A stretch of 64,000 nucleotides of DNA. It comes from Octopus vulgaris. Its lineage: Eukaryota. The translations under genes were made by a program, and so were the position numbers. Positions 55,757 through 64,000 of this stretch are shown in pieces; within the stretch, counting starts at the first letter, position 1; the number at the start of each line of letters is the position of its first letter. The notes beneath the pieces are model-generated. The model saw only the letters and a list, made by a program, of their open reading frames with translations. It did not search any database and was not told where the DNA came from. The DNA lies in contig OX597823.1 of the NCBI GenBank assembly GCA_951406725.2, positions 1,550,001 to 1,614,000 of the forward strand. Reading direction: 5' to 3'.

Positions 55757-55839
55757 CCTTCTATATAATAAATTAATTTTACTCTGCTATGTATTGAGTA
55801 CCTTACTTACTGTGGTTAACCCCGAATCAACCCGGGACC

Positions 55840-55907
<68 letters not shown>

Positions 55908-56388
55908 TGTATGTGTGTGTGTATCCAAGATAGACACTCCTATGTAGCTTTGTTCAAGGTTTGTACCAATGCAGGTGGATGAAGCTGCATAGAAACGTCT
56001 ACGTTGGATGAATATTTACTGCAACTGAATCAGCTAAATGCACATAAGGGGTACATCAAAGGTCAATAGGATACTTAGCCAACAGAAACACGTGTCGGAT
56101 AGGAAGTTAATGCGAATAACACTGTAATATGTCTAAGTCTCCTTTCTTTTTTAGGATGCCTTGTATACTGTGTATGGTGTATGAAAGCTAATGAAGCGAA
56201 CTCGGGATATACCAATCCTGTGAAATACAAAATAATTGATTATCTTAAACAATATTTTATGTTCCATATCATTTGATGTGATTAGCCAGATCTGGATTAT
56301 ATCAGAGTGTTGATAAGGCACCTACCCGGATTCTAAATCCGTATTCCTTTACGTTAGTCTCTCTCTCTCTCACTTACTCTCTCTCTCT

Positions 56389-56436
<48 letters not shown>

Positions 56437-56439
<3 letters not shown>

Positions 56440-57277
56440 ATTAGGGAATATATCCAAACTTACAGGGGCAAAATAGGTTTAGGATTAAATCAAATTTCAC
56501 AGTATAAATATAAATTAAATTAGAGATAAAGCCACTGTTAGGCAACTCAAACAGTGATAGACATAAACCAAAACATAAAAAACAAAAAATAAATATAATT
56601 AATATAATATACAAAATATATATATAAAATGAAATTTTAAATTTAAATTATTAAAATTTTAAATTTTTAAATTTATGTCTATCACTGTTTGAGTTGCCTA
56701 ACAGTGGCTTTATCTCTAATTTAATTTATATATATAGCAATAATAAATCTCTGAACGAGGTATAAACAGTAACTGCACGAAAATGTGAGGTGTACTAGCC
56801 ATCTCAATATGGCTAGCCATTAAGAGTGGGTGTTACTGTAGCTTTTAGCCTCGGGAGAACATCGTCTCCACCTGGCTTTAGGCACACTTTCTGTGCCCTA
56901 AGGTATTTGCAAAGGGAGGTCATCCCTCCCTCGTCAACCTAAGTGATACGCACGGACTGCAGTTTCTAGGTATTGACCTGTCTTCAGTGTACGACAATCA
57001 CCGGTTTTCGATGAAGGGATGTCCCAATGCAAATACTTTTATCGTTTTTCCAGTAACTTTTCGTCACTGATCTCGAAAAACTGTCTGCAAGCAATAATAA
57101 ATCTCTGAACGAGGTATAAACAGTAACTGCACGACAATGTGAGGTATGTGCAAATACCATAAGGGCACAGAAAGTGTGCCTAAAGCCAGCTGGAGACGAT
57201 GTACTCCTGGGGCTACAAGCTACGGTAACACCCACCCTTAGTGGTTAGCCATATTGAGATGGCAAGTATACCTCACA
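56437..57277. mobile_element. Rearranged Penelope-like terminal repeats with inverted and direct duplications
   Basis: Perfect 60-bp inverted repeat 56508-56567 / 56672-56731; direct repeat 56736-56791 / 57090-57145; inverted copy about 56784-56911 / 57149-57277; (TA)n flanks. Confidence 0.65.
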
Positions 57278-57294
57278 CACACGCACACACACAC

Positions 57295-57351
<57 letters not shown>

Positions 57352-57374
57352 TATATATGTACATATATATGTAC

Positions 57375-57405
<31 letters not shown>

Positions 57406-58855
57406 TGTGTGCGCGTATATTTGTTTCAGGTATGCTTATAACAATCATTAATATTATTTCGATTGAGTAAAATAATTTTACAATCCATTTATTCATTTAC
57501 TGAACAATTTCACCGAAGCTTAGAGGAAAACTGACAAAGATGGCATGTCCCCATGAATATTCATCAAAGAAATGCAAAAATGAATGTTACTCGTTCGATA
57601 ATGGCGGATGGTTCTCTGAGTGCAGCCGTTGAGTTGTTCTGTCTCTCTCATGGCACTCTCCATTACTGCTCAGTCTCTTGTTTTGTTCTACGATATCGTT
57701 GGAAGAAACGCAACATCTCTATTGAATGAGATTTGGGACTTAAGAGAGAGAAAGTTATAAATACAAAACCGAGCAATAAAGAGTGGCAGTTGTTCGGAGA
57801 ATGGTTTTGCATGCTGCTGCTTTGAAGCAGAGAATAATATGGAAGCATGCAACAAAATGTCTTCAGTGATAACGTTACACCTCTTGACGAAGGACGATTA
57901 GGGAGTACTGTGATTAGGAAGTACTCCTTTCTTATGAGGGACAGAGGGGTAGAATACACACTGGGATGAAGTTCAATGAGTGTGGAGGTGACATATTTAT
58001 CCGAATTACTGATACGGAATGTCTTTTGTGATCGATTTGTAGGACAAAGAAATGTTGCAACACATAAAGATGCCGGAAGTCAAGCTTAAACCTTTACTGG
58101 TAAAGCATGAACACTGTCTGTGCGTGTGTGTGAGTGTGTGTGTGTGAGTGCGTTTGATACAGAAATGTGTGAGACAATAGGGGTAGATATATTAGTAAAA
58201 TAACGGAGAATGTGTAGAGCTGTAATCCCTTTAATCCGGTCAAATCCGGCACAAATATGCTCTCTGTTTTATGTTCAAATTGATCAGATCCAGCCTTTCA
58301 AACCTACCCTACAATGTCATTCTGAAAATGTATAAACGCACCCTTGAAATCTTGAAGCTACAAGATAATCCCATGATTAATTCAAAATAATGTGAATAAA
58401 TAAGCATTACGTTTGACCAAGAACGCAAAATCAGGCTTAAAACTGTTGATGACGGCTTCTGATGAGGATTAGAATGTAATGTTGATAGGAATGTTTGAAT
58501 GTTTGAATTTGTGACAGATGAATAAGCAACAGGATGCGGGCGTGTCGTTTTACTCTGCAAAAGACGGCATATTGTGGCTGTGCTATATTTTTGCGTGCGG
58601 CTGTTATGCATGACTGAAAGGAGGCGTGAAACTCCCCACCCTCTGTATTTATGCACTATAACACAATTTAACATAAAGTGGGCGTGGAATCCATAAAATG
58701 CAGGAGAAATGCTTGGTGACGTCATTGGAACGAGTAAAGCCTTCACTCGGTTAGCTTTCAATCAAACAGTCGGTGTGTCTATCAAAATATCGATTTGCCT
58801 CTTAAACAAGCGCCATGTCAACAAATCGGAAAATGCATCAACATATAACGGAGTA

Positions 58856-59204
<349 letters not shown>

Positions 59205-59360
59205 ACGAGGTTATAGCTGTCTACATCTATCTATCATTCTATATATATATATATATTGATAAAAACGGTAAGGTAACAAAAGAAAGCAAGAAACCTCGAT
59301 ATTATGTAAATAGAGGAATTAATCTGTAAATATAATTTGTGACAATTATTCGGTAGCCAT

Positions 59361-59423
59361 GAACAAAACTCCGAGTTTCGGATGCCGAGGTGGAAATCCA
59401 CGCCGCCATCTCTTCAGTTATCC
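59361..59423 (-). ncRNA. Type I hammerhead ribozyme (GUU triplet)
   Basis: GGATAA-CTGAAGA-GATG(inner GTGG/CCAC hairpin)CATCC-GAAA-CTCGGAG-TT-TTGTTC. Confidence 0.7.
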
Positions 59424-59612
59424 GGTCATCGGGAAAATGCTATGAAATAACCGTTATACAAAGGGAAATTACTGTGATTGACCGCTATTAAGACAAAAGA
59501 GTTATTTGAATGACCGCTAAGTGAGGGGAGGGAGTAAAAGTAAGGGGTAAAAAGGGTCATAGTATTCGCGGAGCTTGAAGCGGTGGACTGCCTCAAGCTC
59601 CGCTGCTGGTGG

Positions 59613-59720
59613 CGCGCGCGCGCGCGCGCGCGCGCGCGCGCGCGCGCGCGCGCGCGCGCGCGCGCGCGCGCGCGCGCGCGCGCGCGCGCGCGCGCGCGCG
59701 CGCGCGCGCGCGCGCGCGCG
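59613..59720. repeat. (CG)54 dinucleotide tract
   Basis: Read directly from the sequence. Confidence 0.9.
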
Positions 59721-59734
59721 TATATTATATATAT

Positions 59735-59793
<59 letters not shown>

Positions 59794-59802
59794 ATATAGT
59801 AT

Positions 59803-59918
<116 letters not shown>

Positions 59919-59989
59919 GTATATAGTATAGATATATATATATATCTATACTATATATCTATACTATACTATATATCTATATATCTATA

Positions 59990-60186
59990 CAGAGTCTGGA
60001 TAGATTCCTTCAAAGAATACCAGACAAGCCACCCATAATTGGATACAACTCACCCAACAAGAACTCACTACTTGAACAAAACTTGACTTAAACAGGATTC
60101 GAATAATCCTATCAGGTGGTGCTATTAAGTTAGACATGGCCTGGACCAATCTCTGGTCGAAACATATCTAAGTTTTATCTAAGTTT

Positions 60187-60188
<2 letters not shown>
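59990..60188 (+). mobile_element. CR1-clade LINE 3' terminus
   Basis: LDRFLQRIPDKP..GY...NSL, then the same stem-loop tail as 21645-21720 with a (TCTAAGTTTTA) repeat. Confidence 0.75.
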
Positions 60189-60228
<40 letters not shown>

Positions 60229-60240
60229 GTAATGTATATA

Positions 60241-60275
<35 letters not shown>

Positions 60276-60407
60276 GTATATAGTATAGATATATATATAT
60301 ATACACACATATATTATATATGCATTATATATGTATGTATATATATAATATAGTGCCAAACTATATAGTGTGTGTGTGTCTGTGTGTGTGCATCATATAT
60401 ATTTATA

Positions 60408-60490
60408 TGGGTAAGTGCCTTCTACTGTAGCCTCGAACCGACCAAAGCCTTGTGAGTGGATTTGGTAGACGGAAACTGAAAGAAGCCCGT

Positions 60491-60548
<58 letters not shown>

Positions 60549-61143
60549 CTCCGTGGGTCACGAATTACCATGAGTATACCTAGGTTCCTCTTTGAGGTAA
60601 AAGCGTGGGCGGAAAATCGCCTCACCAGTGAACGCACATCCTAGGGCTGTTTTTACGGAAAACTAGCAGAGTCACCCATGCATACCTGCCTGCCCTCTCC
60701 ACGTGACCGATGTTAACCAAAGGAAAGGCAAAAGGGGCCGATATGGTTTGGTACCATTGACATCGCAACTCATTTTTACAGCTCAGTGAAGTGGAGCAAC
60801 GAGGAATAAAGTGTCTTGCTCAAGGACACAAAACGCAGCCCGGTCCAGGATCCGAATTCACAACCTCACGATCGTAAGCTCGACGTTCTACCCACTGAGC
60901 CATGCACCTTCACATTTGTGTGTGTGTACATGTGTGCGTGTGTCTTTGTTTGTCCCCCACCATCGCTTGACAACCGATGCTGGTGTGTTTAAGTCCCCGT
61001 AATCTAGAGGTTCAGCAAAAGATACCGATAGAATAAGTACTAGGCTTCCAAAGAGTAAGTTCTGGGGTCGATTTGCTCGATTAAATGTGGTGCTCCAGCA
61101 TGGCCGCAGTCAAGTGACTGAAACAAGTAAAAGAATAAAAGAA
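60408..61143 (+). mobile_element. SINE family B split by (TA)n and a nested minus-strand SINE family C (60546-60912)
   Basis: 5' piece at 60408-60495, 3' piece at 60915-61143; the insert carries tgtgtccttgagcaagacactttatt on the minus strand. Confidence 0.85.
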
Positions 61144-61158
61144 TATGCCTCTATATAA

Positions 61159-61235
<77 letters not shown>

Positions 61236-61271
61236 GAGACAGACAGAGAGACAGAGAGAGATATATGGATA

Positions 61272-62487
61272 TATGGAGGTCGAGGTTTGATCCAGCTTGA
61301 ACTTACATACAAAACCACCACAATCGGACTGGCCAAATACCTTGAAGCAACCAACGATTGGATGCTAAAACTTGTTGAAAAACATGAAAGACTGAAAAGA
61401 CTTCACTCTATTCTCAAAGAGAGCAAAGAATTCGCTGCTGATCTCTTAGATACCCACCAGATTGAGCAGGCTGAAGGAAATGCGCCAACTGTAGCTGCAA
61501 AGAAAAGAAAATTAATTGCAAAGACAAAAGCACATGAAAAATTAGCTAGCAGATGGGAACAGAAACCTTCCCATGGCAAGTATGTGGCCCGTAGCAAACA
61601 AGCTGATGTCGACCAGAAACACACGCACCAATGGTTACGAAGCTCAGGGCTAAAAGCAGAGAGTGCAGGTTTCATATTAGTTGCTCAAGACCAAAGCTTA
61701 TTAACCCGGAACTACCAAGCCAATGTGATGAAGAATAGAGCTGACCCAAAATGCACATTCTGTAACGATGAGATTAAAACAATAGACACCCATTCTCAAG
61801 GTGTAGAGTCTTAGCACCTGCAGAATATAAAGCAAGACATGACAGAGTCGGCCAGTATTTACATTGGACAATATGTCGGTATTATAAAATCAAAACCGCT
61901 GACAAATGGTATAAACATCATCTTGAAGCTGTGACTGAGGGAGAAAAAGTGTCGATTCTATGGGACTTCCCCGTGCAGACCGACAGGACTATAAAAGCTA
62001 ATAAACCGGATATTATCATAAAAGATCAGACAAAAAGGATGTTTTTATTAATTGACATGAGTATTCCCTGTGATCACAATATAGCGGCGAAAGAATTTGA
62101 CAAGATTAGTAAATATAAAGACCTGCTAATGGAAATTGAAAAAATGTGGCATCTCAAGGCGACTACAGTACCAGTGATTGTAGGATCTCTATGAATGATA
62201 AAAAAAAGGCACTGAAACCTATTTGAAAATGATTCCAGGCTTACCATCCCTACAGGAAGTGCAAAAAATCGTTTTAACTGGAACGGCTCATGTACTGAGT
62301 AGAGCACTATCGCTGTGAAAATAACATCCATCCATGAATTTATTGATTTATTAATTTTTAAGTACATATTTTGTCTGTGAATTTGCATGTGTAATCTGGG
62401 AATGCATACAATGCCCTTCTCTGCCCTAGGTGTATGGAAAACACTCGGCGAAAAACGGAAGAAAATTTGATGAAAGAAGAAAAAAAA
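61272..62487 (+). mobile_element. R4/Dong-clade non-LTR retrotransposon 3' part (zinc knuckle plus REL endonuclease), ending in (AAT)n
   Basis: GGRGLIQ, W.QKP.HGKY, AQDQSLLTRNY, CTFC, YKARHD, ILWDFPVQTDRTIKANKPDII, KISKYKDL, VPVIVGSL; the 3' UTR abuts (AAT)n at 62488-62580. Confidence 0.92.
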
Positions 62488-62581
<94 letters not shown>

Positions 62582-62722
62582 TCAAAGGTGCAATACTCAG
62601 TCACGACATTTGTCTTCTGGAATTTTGGATTATTTATTTTTTTAGTTGTGTGTTTGTGTATCTAATGAATAGATGTGCATCAAGAGGTACGTCTTAAGGA
62701 GGTGTGTATCTTTTTATACATA

Positions 62723-62781
<59 letters not shown>

Positions 62782-63143
62782 ATGTGGATGTACGTGAGTA
62801 TGTAAGCATATATGTATTCACGACCTCCTGCAGTGTCACATTCCAATAAATTAAATCAGTAAAAAAGCAAAAAATAATAAGTATTATTAATGATTTTGTA
62901 TTATTGTAGATGTCGCTTTGTATGTGTGTGTGTGTATGTATATATATATATATATATAATGTGGTTTTAGAGTCAAGTTTTGGCTGTTATTTCCAGCGTG
63001 GTAGTATCTCTTACATATCCTTAATAAATAATTCATATATATATATATATACATACATGCATTTATATATATACATATATACATGTATATATGAACATAC
63101 ATATATACATACATACACATATATATATCTATATATATATACA

Positions 63144-63199
<56 letters not shown>

Positions 63200-63214
63200 T
63201 ATATGTGTATGCTG

Positions 63215-63860
63215 TTTTTCTACTCCTTATGCAGTTTGACCACCACTTGCACCTACGCCTTAGAACCATCATGGCATCTGATGTGGCTCTTTAAACCAGG
63301 CAATGTTCTGAAAAGACACCCACGTCGTTTGCACCTCTGATTTGGACCACCAAGAGCTGCAGTTAAATTCTAATCTTTGTGGATCCTCAAATGTCTTTTG
63401 AATCCTCCGTTGGATTTGCAAACCTTCAGGCATACCTTGCATTCAAAGGTGTGCACAGACATATAGGCAGAATAGTTGGTAGAGGTTCGTTTTCCATGGG
63501 TTCGCAAATGAGATCTGAGCCCAGCACAAAAGAAAGACATTGTGATTCACCGTCTCGATCGTGACATCCTTCCTTGGACCTCTTTTGAGTCTTACTTGCG
63601 TTATCCTGGCCTCTTCAATTGCTTTCACTCCACACTTTTGTCGCCATCCAACTCGATCCGAAGCAAGGGTTTCTATATCTTCTAGAACCATTCCAAGTGA
63701 CTTCATAGTAGTCCTTTTGACGTCCTTAAACCATTTATTTATTTTTTTATTTTGTAGGTTTACGCCGAACGCGTTTCCCCTCTGCAAGTTCACCATAAAA
63801 CAGCTGTTTCGGCATGCATTCATCCGCCATTCGATCAATATGGTCACACCATCTCATTTG
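63215..63860 (-). mobile_element. RTE-clade LINE 3' fragment
   Basis: [11 protein letters not shown]......[12 protein letters not shown] followed by Cys/His remnants. Confidence 0.7.
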
Positions 63861-63873
63861 TATAAATACATAC

Positions 63874-63971
<98 letters not shown>

Positions 63972-64000
63972 AGAGAGAGAGAGAGAGAGAGAGAGAATGA

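Overview
Eukaryotic, AT-rich and repeat-saturated DNA, almost certainly octopus (cephalopod) given the SINE families and the dense (TA)n/(CA)n/(AAT)n/(CATA)n tracts; this species assignment is inferred. Almost all ORFs in the track are microsatellite translations or transposon relics. One real host gene is present but absent from the ORF track: a minus-strand cerebrin/PDF-like neuropeptide precursor. Its signal-peptide exon (38791-38883) splices in phase 0 across an 11.6-kb intron to 27060-27197, giving a 76-aa precursor that ends KR-NHGMIDTLINIPDLDKV-GRK. The window also holds a set of type I hammerhead ribozyme motifs in small Penelope-like elements that mostly sit in (TA)n tracts. One canonical hammerhead lies in sense orientation 524 nt downstream of the neuropeptide stop codon, and one element is a perfect fold-back encoding a hammerhead on both strands. 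The rest is decayed piggyBac, Tc1, CR1, RTE, HERO, R4/Dong and Penelope elements, many tRNA-derived SINEs, MITE-like fold-backs and three minisatellite arrays.
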